From Piedraia hortae CBS 480.64 (taxonomy: Eukaryota), in contig MU005970.1 of assembly GCA_010093745.1 (NCBI GenBank), forward strand, positions 68,138 to 132,137: a stretch of DNA of 64,000 bases. The letters are read 5' to 3'. Each line of letters starts with the position of its first letter. Within the stretch, counting starts at the first letter, position 1. The position numbers and the translations under genes are program-made. Below are positions 21,811 to 33,392 of the stretch, piece after piece. The notes under the pieces were generated by a model. It searched no databases. It saw only the letters and a list, made by a program, of their open reading frames with translations, and was not told where the DNA came from.

Positions 21811-24215
21811 TTTGTGCTGTTCGGATCTTGAACTTGTTCACGGTGTGGTGAGTATATTGTGGTTTTAGAGCATCGTACGAACCTTTCTTCGTTCGAGTAT
21901 TTGCCACGCTCTCATCTTCCAATGATGGCTCAATGTTCAAATGCTGTGGACTGTTGTGGTAGTTCTGCATGGCTACGTCTATTCCTGCTCTAACATTAAG
22001 CCCATGCGGACTGAAATGTGGTGGTGTTGATGTGGGGGCAGTGCACGAGCTTGGCATAAATCAGCCGAGTGCATAGGTATGAAAGAAAGCTTTCCTCGTC
22101 ATTCGGTTTATACACATCCAGAAACACCCTCAACGACAAAACACTCGTAACCAAGGACAATGGTATCCATTGAGCGATATTAACTGTTCTCGACCCACCA
22201 ACAGACGTAGATTCACTAGAAGCATTGCTCCAATTCCAGCCAGCCAGACGTATAGACAAAGCATCATGAAACCCACCATCACTCCAACCCGATGGTTACA
22301 ACTCAGATCGCAAGGATATATACACACACTCCATGCATGCTAACAATGATATGATACAAAGTGCAATCACACCCCAACCCCATCAAACTCAAACAAATCC
22401 CTCCTGCTTCCCAACACCGTCGCCAGACCCTGTAAGACCTCTGCCTGGAACGGCTCAAAGGGGACTCGTTCGCCATCAATAGAAATACACCACTCAAGCA
22501 TCTGACCCCCTCTCCTGAGATCCAACTCTTCCAACCCCATGGAGACGTGCTTGTAGAATAATTCGCCTGGGCCGTTCGATGCTACTCGTCTGTCGGCGTG
22601 TGGTTGAAGTTGAGTGGTGAATATCAAGACGCGAATTGCTCTTGCATTTCGATTGCAAATGACCCAGCTTGCATACCACGGTATTTCCTTGCTAACCATG
22701 TCGGCGTTGTATCGTGAATACAAGCCTTCAGCGTAAGAGTAGGATTGGTATAGTCTGAAGCATGTCTTGACTTAACGAGGATCTCCAAAGTAAATTCAAA
22801 CGGAGGAACTGGAATTTGCGACATCCAGACACAGCGACTCGCACGTAACAAGCGAGAACATGCTTGTTTTTTTGTCTTGTTGTTTTTTCCTCTCACGTCT
22901 AAATATATCCCCTATGGGACGAAAAACAGCGGAGCTCTCCTGCGCTGAAAACATGCTTGGCAATGTACAAGTACAAAATGTCAAACTCTGCACGACTGTT
23001 AGCATCGAGCTTCTCTGGTCCAATTACAAGCCCGAAATTTTAGGATCTTCGAGATGCATTACGTCAGGCTGACAGGGCAGTCATGACAACTTTTTGCTAG
23101 ATTTGTCCCTAAACCGCCTGCGGAGTTGACTCTCCGGTTGTGATTATGTAGCCTTCCAAGGAGAACCGTGAGATCGCCATTGAACTACATGTAGACATGA
23201 TAATATGTGAACGCGTTGACCTTCATGCGGTGGAAGTGTAGCTTGGGTTAGGAGAATATCGCCCTCTCTAGATACATATCCGTTGGGGCATAGTCAACCT
23301 TGGACAGTCCGCCTTTATTACCCAAGAATGGCGTGTGTGAAGCTGGTGTCTTTGCATTGCTGTGACTGTGTGTCTTACAACTCTCGGGTTATCACTCGAC
23401 TAATTTCCACCTCGCGCCCCCAGCATGCCGATGGTTGATAGAGGCTGCTGGTGTTGCCCATCTGTTGCCCATCCAAGATTGCTTAGCACATGCCCAGACA
23501 TCAATTCTTTTATCTTGGTGCAAATCGTTTCCACAATGGCTGAGACTCGCTGATGCTGTCGTTTCTTGAGATCTTTGTTACCTGCCCATGGCTGTTGACG
23601 TACATAAAAAGCTGTATGGGCCAGGCCAGGAAGGCCCGCCACGGTCAGCCTGCTCGGTATGATGGCGCTTGTTACTCCTTATATGGCAGGGAAATTCTTG
23701 CTTTCGGCTGTTGTCGCGCTTCTGGATGCGGCTGGCCGTCCACAGTTAACAATATGGTGGCAATATTATTCGCTCCTACCGGCTTCGTCTTCAGTTAGTC
23801 ACACATACACTTGCCACTGAAGTTTCTTTCTGTTCCCTGAGTCTTTAGTACAATTCAATATTCATAGTTTTGACTTATATCGTATCTCCCTGGCAAACTG
23901 GATGGTACTGACAAAAACAATCCACACGAGGGATGAAGGCGTTGAGATAGATGTTGTGCTGTCACAGCAACAGGCCTGATCTGTCGACCAATACATTAGC
24001 GAGTGCATATATAACTCAAGGCCGCGAAGGACATATATGTTTGTAACGATTCCCGCGGGATTCTCCCTGTCGGGGAGAACGCTAAGACTTTTGACTCATT
24101 TAAGCAATCTTGCCCACTACAACCTCTATCATTGCGTTTGAAAACGACCTCATCCACGAATCAAAACTCTGCGCACATGAGCTCTTTCATCCACGTCGAA
24201 GCAGCATTACACAGT

Positions 24216-24569
24216 ATGTGCTCCTCGCTGACGAACTATGAGATACTATTTCAGATCCCGGATAGCGATGGCGGACTCCCCACTTTCGCATGGTCTTACC
24301 CAGCCTAAAAGAATGTGGTTTTGAAGACCTTGACTTGCAGGAGCGAAGGGTCAAAAAAGCGCCCTCCTTTCGTAATCTGCATGCTCAAAATCGGCACTCT
24401 GGTTAGAAGGCACCCGAACCTCAACACCATATTCGAATCTGAATTTTAGCTTTCTCGGTTGCATGTTGCGCTAGAGTTCTGCAACGCTGGAGGTTTGTAT
24501 CACTTCATCGACCACCACTTCTTCTCGAAACAGTTAATCCCCAAGCTGTTCATTGACTGTAGATATTGA
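24216..24569 (+). pseudogene. Protein kinase N-lobe fragment, paralog of the kinase at 2048-2962
   Basis: Manual translation (absent from the ORF track): MCSSLTNYEILFQI...PA*KNVVLKTL...RPPFVICMLKIGTLVRRHPNLNTIFESEF*LSRLHVALEFCNAGGLYHFIDHH...IPKLFID. In-frame stops are TAA at 24306 and TAG at 24447. Confidence 0.75.
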
Positions 24570-24858
24570 GCTCCCGTGGATGAGAGTGCGCAGCGGCCCG
24601 AAGGGGACGAAGTGGTAGACGAAAACAGGGACAGGACAGATGCAGATGGGTATGAATCAATATGACAGTGTGAATGACTATCTATCTCAATGAGGGGACG
24701 TCAGAATAAAAATTCTGTACCGGTAGGCCGGTGACGTCACGTCGTACACTAGCTGGGCGCATTCACCATCTCACATATGATATGACCCTGAGGGAAACCC
24801 TCTGTGAGGGAAAAACCTAGGGTGCAGCTGGTAGTGTAGGAGGTATCGCTGACTTGCT

Positions 24859-27800
24859 ATGCAAGTGCCCTGCATATGCGCTAGCGGCGATGCTTGAATC
24901 CAACAGCTCTCACAGAATTGCATGCTTTGCCATACGTCAGGCGGGAACCTGCACGTTACCAACACCACCAGAAAGCCTGAAGCGCACCTTCTCCGGGAAG
25001 ATCACTTAAGGACAGTGAGACGAACGCAGAACGAAGACCCTCAAAGGTATCAACAATACCTGGTTCTGGGAGCAGGATGTCAGAGCCGATCATGCCCGGA
25101 GTGCTTATCTTACATCGCCAGCCGTTTTAGCTGGAGCTACGGCTCTGCAAGAGACTCAAGAAGCTGTTGTTGTACCATCCTACGCGATAAGCCATGCCAA
25201 TTTTGGGGATGATATGGCGGAACTGGGTGTAGCAGAGACTCTTTCGCAGGCCTCTACAGAGGACGTTGATATGTTGGACTATGATGAATCTATGGATGTT
25301 AATTACTCGGTCGGGATCAACGTTGAGAATCAAATAGTCAGCCGCCTTTCCCACGAATCTCAAGGTGGACCCAACATAGAGGGTGGATATGACAGCGACA
25401 TGGAAAGTGACATCGAAGATGAGGGTGACAATGGAGGAGAAGAAGAAAGCGAGGAAGAAGAGGAATGTGTAGAGGACGGTATGGAAGAGGCGGAGCGTTG
25501 GGCATATGGCCAAGGAAGAGGAAGTGATGAAGATCAAGATCAAGATGAAGATGAAGAAGGCCATGGGAACGAAGATCAGAACCAGCCACACTATTCTCGC
25601 TCTTCGCGATTTGCACCACCAGATCCCGTACTTATTGCAGAGCCTGAGCACGAATATTCCCCGTTTAAATGCGAGATAGACGCTCTCGTTTTCGCATTCT
25701 ACGTATCGACACATCGTCCAGTCAGTGACAAAACTATGAACTCTATCATCGAGTTGGTAAAGAGTGTGTTGAAAATCGCACGGGCGACACCTGATGGGAC
25801 CATTTCCATCCCAAGTGTTTTAACTGAAGCGATACAAAAATGTGGTTCCCTCACCAGAAATTCAACGGCGAGTTACCCCTGAAGGAAAGTTGTTCCATCA
25901 AATCAGCATCCTGGACAGCATGAGGATGGAGGCTTGCAAGCCCGGTATGAAACTGGTACAATATCCTGAGATATTGAAACCTGCGCCGGCATTTTCGGGT
26001 GAAGAAAAAGTGGCTGCCAATCAAATGTGGCATGGCGATAAATGGAGAATGGAGCGACAGCTTCTGCGCCCAGTAGATCGTTTGAGACTCCGCGAAGGAC
26101 GTCAAGATGTATGGATCAGTGATGTACTGGAGCCGTGTACCGGTGAGCATGCCCTGTTCTATGGTTGCGAGATCCACACAACGCGGGAGCAGAGCGCTTT
26201 GGTTGTTCGTGCTATCAAGCTGACCCGGGCAAGACCAACCGCGCCAAGCTCCAAGAAGGCGAGATTGCTCCTGCAAATAAAAGAAGGTGCATTGGATCTT
26301 TCCGAAAAAACAGTCCTTCTACTGGACGAGCGGGATATCGTCAAGGCTCAGAAAGCAACCAAGTTTGAGTTTGCTGCCCAAAACGGAGGCCATATCAACG
26401 CTGACCTTGAGCAAATGCTTTGTACCCCACACCCCGCAAGGCGGTGTGAATTAGATGTGGTCCAGTGCAAATTTTGCTTCTGGACAGACGGTACCAGTGC
26501 TGTCAGAAGCTCTCGCTGGAACCCCATTCAAGCCCTCTCTATGACACTTGCTGGAAGGTCCCGGAAGGTAAGTCGGCCAAATACTAGTCACATCTTCATT
26601 GTAGTAATGAATTATCAAACAGGAGAATTTTCATCCATCGGCACACATTTTCATAGCCGCTGGCGAGGATATCAAAGGCCACCACATGATTGGTGCAATG
26701 ATCCCCGAAATAAGTCGACTCCAGCGTGGAATACTGGCGTTCAATCCTGCAAGTCGATCCAGACGAGTCCTTTTTGGCGGCCCGGTGATGGTGCAAGCAG
26801 ATAATGCGGAGGCTTCAGAGCTCAGCAGCCACAAGATTTCCAGCAATCTTATCTGCCGGGTAAGCATCTTTGATAAGAGAGGAGTAGACGGGTGGGAAGG
26901 CCTCGTCACCCCGTGTGCTCTACGGGTGCTGCGAATCACGAAAAGATGGGGTAAGGAGGGTGGAAGGTCTGGCAATTACAAGGCCGATTGGGCGGCGATT
27001 AGACTTCCACTCACAGCCAAGTACAAAATCCCCGGCTTGGATCCACACCAGGATCTACCATACGATAACCTGCATTGTGTCTTGCTGGGTTACGTGCAAA
27101 TGCTGTGGGCGGAGGCGGTGAAGGACCGCAGGGTGAAGCCAGACCTGGAAGATCTTGACCTGCAAACGGCCGCCGCCAGTCGCGATGGAGGAATCCAAAG
27201 CACGGTAGGTGGCAAGCGCATCACAAACTGGAGCGGGTCGCTACAAGGCGGCGATTTTCGCTCAATCATCCAGCTTTGGCCACCAATCCTCCTGTCCTTC
27301 TACGAATCGAAAGGACGGCTTTCCGAAACGCAGGACCTGATCCACCTCTGGTCAACTTCCGCCAAGTTAACGAAGCTATTGTACGCCACGAACCTCATGG
27401 ATGTCGACGCATGGTCTGAGAAGGTTCAGCAGACATACGAAGAGATGATTTGCGACTGGGCGGACATGTGGGGCCTTGACTGCATACGCAGCAAGGTCAA
27501 ACTCCACTTGCTTTGTCATGTGGTGATGTGGGTCAGAAGATTCGGGCTCATCATCGGTGCTCAGTGCGAGACGCACGAGTGCACGAACAAACACCAGCGC
27601 GGAAACGGGGAGCATACTAACCGCCAGGCTTACTCGTTGGACGTTGCAGGGAGGTACAGCGTTTTCTCTGGAGCACTCCACTTGGCAGCGGGAGGCTGGT
27701 GGCGGATCAATCAGACCCATATGACCTATCCAGGTCGAAGTCTTGTCGCTCTTTTCAGCTCCTCACTCGTTCAGGAGTTTTGGGGGTTGCCGACAGTGCA

Positions 27801-28419
27801 AGGCCCGGGAAGTTGCCGATTATGGAGGGAGAGGAATGTGAGCGATGATACAATTGATTCAGCTCTACATACATACCTTCAAGATCAATACTTGGTTCCC
27901 TGGGAACATGGCCAATATCAAAGGTACTATCGGATGAGCGGGTTACATCCCTGCCGCATTGGATCCTTCGTACAGTGCACAAACCAGGGCTTAGCTTTGT
28001 TCCGCGTACGATTTTTTTTGCGTGAGACTCTCCGAGGTGAAGGTATTGTGTTGTTGGAGACCTTTCAGGAAGCCACCCCGCAGTCCGAGGCTGAAGAGTT
28101 CAGTGTGGCTGAAGGTCACAAGCTCATTGCACCTGCAGGATGGAACCTGACGTCCTCGCTGCATGATATTATGGCTGTTCTCAACGTGCAGCATCTATGC
28201 GGCAGTGGATGCAGACGGACTTGGGTACCATCTGCACATCGTGTGGAGAGACGACAGGTTGAGGGAGATGAGGTCACCTATGACCAGCCGAGACACTCGG
28301 GGAAGATTTGCGGCATTACATTCTGCGGCCTCGACGCCCTCAGACAGCTCAGCGACAGACGACACTGTGATGGCAGCCAACTGCGCAGGCCCTCTTGCAG
28401 GGGCCTCAGCATCGGATAA
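24859..28419 (+). mobile_element. Degenerate CACTA/Mirage (CMC)-type DDE transposase gene with an N-terminal Zn finger and acidic tract
   Basis: Motifs CMLC...HLLREDH, MWHGDKW, FWTDGTSAVRSSRWN, QADNAEASELSSH, GLDPHQDLPYDNLHCVLLG, SLQGGDFRSIIQ, KVKLHLLCHVVMWVRRFG...ETHECTN and LNVQHLC. An in-frame intron GTAAGT...CAG at 26568-26622 joins ORFs 25842 and 26686. There is a frameshift near 25820 and stops upstream. Confidence 0.75.
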
Positions 28420-28837
28420 GGGATTTAAGTTCACTAATGTCGTCCCAGCCTTCGCCGGGCAGTCCGAGCAGTGCGAGGAGTTTCTCCTCAAGTTGAACCT
28501 CGCCCGGGCTATCTTGCCAGGGCTTGAGAGAGATCCGGCCGCGCTCCGAGCCATGATCGCTGCCCGCTTGACGGGCATAGCGGGTACTTGGTTTGTTAAA
28601 GCCGTCCTCCGACGTCCGCGCTCGGTGGAAACAGTCGACTTACCTGTCGAAGCCATCAAGGAGCGTTTTGGCCAGTCGGACGCCGCCCGACGAGTTCAGG
28701 CGACCAAACTTTGGGACCAATTACGCTACACGTCTCCGGGTCAGCTCTGCGCTGACCTGGAAACGTTGGGTGGACAGTTGGGCCTCACGTTTGCTGCCCA
28801 AGAACATAAAGCCTACGAACTTCATATGGAAGCATGA
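28370..28837 (+). mobile_element. Retrotransposon Gag capsid-like ORF (Ty3/Gypsy-like), with no pol
   Basis: VPAFAGQSEQCEEFLLKL...AARLTGIAGTWF...EAIKERFG...ATKLWDQLRY matches the PxFxG / LxGxAxxW / xxRF pattern of retrotransposon gag domains. Confidence 0.6.
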
Positions 28838-29058
28838 CGAATCCAAGCATGATCGCTGATTCATAAATGCACACATGATCAAGACGGATGTATGATTATA
28901 TGGCAAGATTTTTACGCAATTGGAATCGACATTATATCTTCACTTATTATCGAGACAGAACATTACTATCCATCGCACATGACGCGATAATGCTTAAAAC
29001 TTCCGTCAAAGTGATATATTATCGGGCAATCTTCAGACTAATCGGGTTAGGGCAAAGG

Positions 29059-29130
29059 TATATCCCCACAATATTGCATGAGACATAGCATGGAGTATTG
29101 CGGGGATATAGGGTATTCCCGCAATATTGT
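29059..29130. repeat. 22-bp inverted repeat with an 8-nt loop, plus a third partial copy
   Basis: TATATCCCCACAATATTGCATG (29059-29080) versus CATGGAGTATTGCGGGGATATA (29089-29110) gives 19/22 complementary positions. TCCCCGCAATATTG recurs at 29117-29130. Confidence 0.85.
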
Positions 29131-29428
29131 GCGTGGTTGGCTGTGTACCGATGATTAAAGGTATTTCATCAGAGCTGAAGAGAACAGGAGACCAACGATT
29201 ATCTTTCCCGACTAGCCTGGAGGCACTATGTGCCTATAGCTATCGCCCTTCCAAAACAAAGGCGGGCATACAATGTCTTCCAAGCACCTCGCAGTACGAA
29301 CATACCACAAACACAGACCAACAGCGCACAGACATACAAAGACGCTCACATGAGCAAATTGAGTGCATTACATATCCTATTACAAGCTATCCTTCCACTG
29401 ACAAGGGCTTCTTCCCATCTGCTAGGCT

Positions 29429-30017
29429 CTCAAGGAGTCTCACCCATCTCATTAAGCTTGTTTTCTACCCACTCCCGCCTGTTATATTTGTATCATCCTG
29501 CTATTTGGCATCGGCCCTTTTCATTCCAACACTTAGCAAAATCAATGCGACTTACTCCCTATGAAGAGATAATCCATAGCCCCCCCCCAGTAGGCTTAGG
29601 AGGCTTAGGGGCTCCTATCAAATGTTAGCCTTCTCTCGTCTTCCCTCTGGAGAAGGAACCGTGTTTGGCATTTGCATCATAGCCTTGATCTTACATTTCC
29701 TCAGCACGTGACTTTTTCTCTTTAGCACGCAACTTTTCTGCGACCTTCTCGTCGGGTGACTTTGTGCGACGAGACGTCTTAGTTAATTCAGTTGGGAGAT
29801 GGGCATGGCCTGTAGCATATTAACTTGTCTATTAGTCTCGTGATTTAGGAAGCTGGCCATCAGATTCTACGGTCCACGGAATGTTTACAAAATTGAGTGT
29901 CGTGAAAGGCATCGGCGCGTAGACGATGACGGAGGCATCGTAGTTTATTGGCAACTCTAGAGTTGTGCAGCAGAGAATGGCAAAGCCTAGGTAAAGCATA
30001 TTGATGTTAAAGAGCAT
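29429..30017 (-). pseudogene. Small secreted protein family, degenerate copy 1
   Basis: MLFNINMLYLGFAILCCTTLELP..., KSPDEKVA..., LRKCKIKAMMQM, GAPKPPK and YKYNRREWVENKLNEMGETP*. Collinear with copies 2 and 3, but with lost splice donors, a frameshift and a stop. Confidence 0.7.
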
Positions 30018-30355
30018 TTTTGCGGATGCGTGTTTGTGTGAGGGTGAAATTTTAGGACGGAAACCCAGTCACGGTTAGACAACGAGTAACCAACACAGAC
30101 GGAATAGGTTCGTGGTAAATCATAACGTCTTTCTAGGGTGATTCGCCTCAATTCTACATATGCGTTGGTGAATCTACCTATTCATGCTATTCAGTGATGT
30201 TGTACCGATGGCACATCTGATACTGGCAAATTCTCAACGATTGGGCATGTTGTGAAGTTACGAGGGTTGGAAGCTCAGTCGAACAGGCAAATTAGGCTAC
30301 ACTATGCTCTCTAAATTGCAATCGGTGCGACCCGTTCTTGTCAGGCGTGTGCTTC

Positions 30356-30965
30356 TCATTGGGTCTCCTCCAACTCCGCGAGCTTTTGATTGATCCATGC
30401 ACGTCGGGCGGCTTTGTACGCTTCTGTTACACAATGTTAACCATCTTTCTCTCTCGTTGTTGGCGATATGGGTGTAACTTACGCACTCGGCGAACTCCAG
30501 CAATCAGGTTCAAACTGAATCTGGGTTTCTTAGGGGCTCCTATCAAGTGTAAGCCCTTTCTCTTCTCTGATGGAAAGAGAAAGCGTACCTTCCATTTTCA
30601 TAATTTCTTCAATCTTGGCCTTCCTCGCTTCGGCCCGCGACTTAGCCTGTTTCCGTGCGGCCTTATCTTCGGGCGACATTTTATGGTGATGAGCCTTCTT
30701 TGTAACTTCAGCCACTGCCGTCGACGTTTTGGTGTAAGTTTCAACAGTGACAGTAGTCAGGCCTGTATCACGTCAACTTGTCTTGCGGTCTGGCACGAGG
30801 AAACTTACCAGTTGTCACAGGAGAGGGCACAACAACAACAGTCATTTTCGTCAAAGAAGTCGGTGCCAAAGAGGTTACGGAGGTATCATTGTGCACGGGC
30901 GCTCCGAGAGCTGTGCTGTACAGGAGGGCCATGCCCAAGCAAATGGTCTTAATGCCAAAGAGCAT
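30356..30965 (-). CDS. Small secreted protein (signal peptide, Thr-rich stalk, basic helical C-terminus), 4 exons, copy 2
   Basis: Spliced translation MLFGIKTICLGMALLYSTALGAPV...VTT|GLTTVTVETYTK...MSPEDKAARKQAKSRAEARKAKIEEIMKME|GAPKKPRFSLNLIAGVRRV|QAYKAARRAWINQKLAELEETQ*. Three phase-1 introns (GTAAGT, GTACGC and GTAAGT donors) keep the frame open. Confidence 0.8.
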
Positions 30966-31439
30966 GGTTGCGGGTGAGTGTTAGTGTGCAGACTGAACTT
31001 GTAGAAGGGAAAAGAACAAATGAGATCTGCGCAGGTCTTCTCAAAGATCCCTTTCTTGTCAGTATTCGTCTCCGCAGGTTTGGGATTGAATCCCATTGGT
31101 GCTCGATTCAATTTAAACTACAAGACGACTCAGCTAGTCCCCACAACCGAGCTCCCAGCTAGTCAGTCGTGACAATAGGGGAGGCGGTAGATAATACGTT
31201 TACGTAAGGCATGTTCGTGATACCAGGGCTGTTAAGAATGTAAATGGGAGTATGTAAAAATTGGGACTTTCAGGCATCGATGGCCAGTCCGACCCTGGGA
31301 ATTACTGGAAGTTGCGTTTGAGGAAGGTCACTTTGAATTACATAAGCAGTTCCACCTAATTTCGCAAAGTGTCGGATTACTTGGCAGGCAATGGTGTGTG
31401 AGGAACATGTATGTCCGGCTATGTGTGCGCATGTGTGTG

Positions 31440-31645
31440 TTGAAGTGAAGTTCCGCAATTCACCTCACGCTAACCCAGGTCTGACCGCATTCACCGACAC
31501 CACGTCACTGAGCACGCTTAGAGCGTGCCTCATCGTAGGGAGAACTTCCTCCTATGGAGGTAAAAATCCTGAGAAGCATAGACTTCTACCTAAGCTCGCA
31601 GATGCGACCTGCCTGTATACTTCATGAGGGGTTTACCGTTTCACA
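31440..31645 (+). repeat. Family 'H' repeat: palindrome plus body
   Basis: TGAAGTGAAGT-TCCGC-AATTCACCTCAC followed by GCTAACCCAGGTCTGACCGCATTCACCG...CTTCCTCCTATGGAGGTAAAAATCCTGAGAAGC...; an inverted homolog of 20841-21060. Confidence 0.85.
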
Positions 31646-32505
31646 CAAGGTGATCATTCGGGATCCCCCCTTCCAAAGTGGCGCAGTTCGGACCCTCTCC
31701 TTTCCCTCCCCCCCCTCACCCTCCCTCGTCGGCCAATCATGTTTGAGCGCCACACCTTAGCCTCCGCGCAACCTTGCAGATCCACATGCTTTCATTGCAC
31801 CGCCTGTTGTGAATGGCCTATCCGACTATCTAAATCTAATTAACCACCCGCTATCGGCCGTGGGCTACCTGTGTAGTTGTGAGCTCCAAAACTGTAGCGT
31901 CTAGATCCAGTGAAACGCGCGCCAGGACAAGAGGCTTAGCACATAATAGCTTCATAGATAGCTGCCCAGGCTCTACAATTTCTTATCCTACATAGCCATC
32001 ACTTCACTGACACCAATGCCATAATGTCTTCCGCCCGAGCTGACCAACAGCACTCTGCTTCAAGCCAGGGCTTAGTTCCCAATGCATTCGATGCGCCAAA
32101 ATGGCCTTGGGAAATGATACTCGCACTTGATGCCTTGTATACAAACTGCAAGAGGCTGTTCCTACGCCGTACAAAGGGCTTGGCCCTGCAAACAAGCGTG
32201 GAAGAATAAACAATCCCAGGCCAAGGCAGTCCAGCCTCGTGGAGAGGATAGTACAATAGATTGAGGCAGCGCTCGCCTCTCGGTTGGCGACTGTACTGGG
32301 TCTAGAGGGCATGAATAATGCCATCAAGGCACGATGATGGTGACTTGACGTTGGCTCAATTGCTGATACATGGGCAGTCGTGAGATAGCATAGAAAATAC
32401 GTGAAGTTTGAAGGCGGGCCCTTTGGTGTAGCGCTCAAACATGATTGGCCAACGAAGAGGGGGTGTCCGAACTGCATCACTCTGGGAGTGGGTCCGAATA
32501 ATCAC
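31646..32505. mobile_element. Non-autonomous TIR element (MITE-like), copy 2, inserted in the family H repeat
   Basis: Collinear with 824-1677 (for example TCATTGCACCGCCTGTT, GCGCCAGGACAAGAGGC, TCACTTCACTGACACCAA, GAGGCAGCGCTCGCCTCTCGGTTGGCG). It has its own TIRs GTGATCATTCGG...CCGAATAATCAC and GGCCAATCATGTTTGAGCGC...GCGCTCAAACATGATTGGCC. Confidence 0.85.
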
Positions 32506-32566
32506 TGGGCGGAAAAATTTACGAGAGAGACGGCAAATTCCGAAATTCGAAATGGAATCCTCTGGT

Positions 32567-32595
32567 GTGGGGTGATGTTCCGCACTTCACCCCAC
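32567..32595. repeat. Family H palindrome (third copy)
   Basis: GTGGGGTGATGT-TCCGC-ACTTCACCCCAC, with a compensatory change in both arms relative to 21032-21060. Confidence 0.85.
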
Positions 32596-33392
32596 CTCAT
32601 CTCATAGACACACAAATAGACATCTACGTGCACATTTGTCAGTGTCGAGTGGCCTGTCCCCCACGTATCAGACGTTCCAATTCTCCCACTGGAGGCTTAG
32701 CTTTCGACAATATTCTCATCATGTCGGGGCGTCAAAAATTGGGATCAAACCCAATTGAGCTCGATGTGAAGCTTAAAATGATGCCATTCCCAATGATGCG
32801 GCTCAGGGCCCTTTCAGTGCAGCCGGGTTTTCCACCCCAGCTTTTCGCGAAAACCGCGGAAGGCCGAGCCCCACATCGGCCAAACCCCTAACCTACATAT
32901 CAACCATTTCCTCACATTTGCGCACCCACGCATCACCGCGACAACAGCACATTAGAGACTTGAAGCAGGAAGCTGGAGCACTCAACGCGTTTATTGCCAA
33001 GTTTTCATCCCAGGCATTGCATGCGGGCTTGTCCGATTTACGCAGACAGCGCTTATCTCGCGCCAAATTGCTTCAGTCGCTGCAACGGCCCTTGGACAGG
33101 CTACTCTTATATGGTCTATCATGGGATAGTCATTGACACAGCCGCTAGCACGACCTGTTTCAGGAATGACCATTGTTCGCACCTGACTCGAGCTGCTGGG
33201 ACCCACTCTTCTCCCACACGGCCGCATAAACCCGACTCCCCCAACCCATGCGCACCCCCAACCGATATCTTGCGCTGGCTCCTCCCGACCACTGATTCTT
33301 CTTTGACCCTTACGCAATCCCCTTCCCAGATCGGTCATGATACAACAAGGACATCTGTCAGAAGGGTGTGGCACCCACCATGACCAGAACTA

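Noticed and set aside
22080..22600. Possible decayed gene fragment (LRR/F-box-like text)
   Set aside because: Many stops and no diagnostic motif.
24783..24825. Hammerhead-ribozyme interpretation of the GGGAAACCC double hairpin
   Set aside because: It lacks an intact CUGANGA core and a correctly placed GAAA, and other copies do not conserve them.
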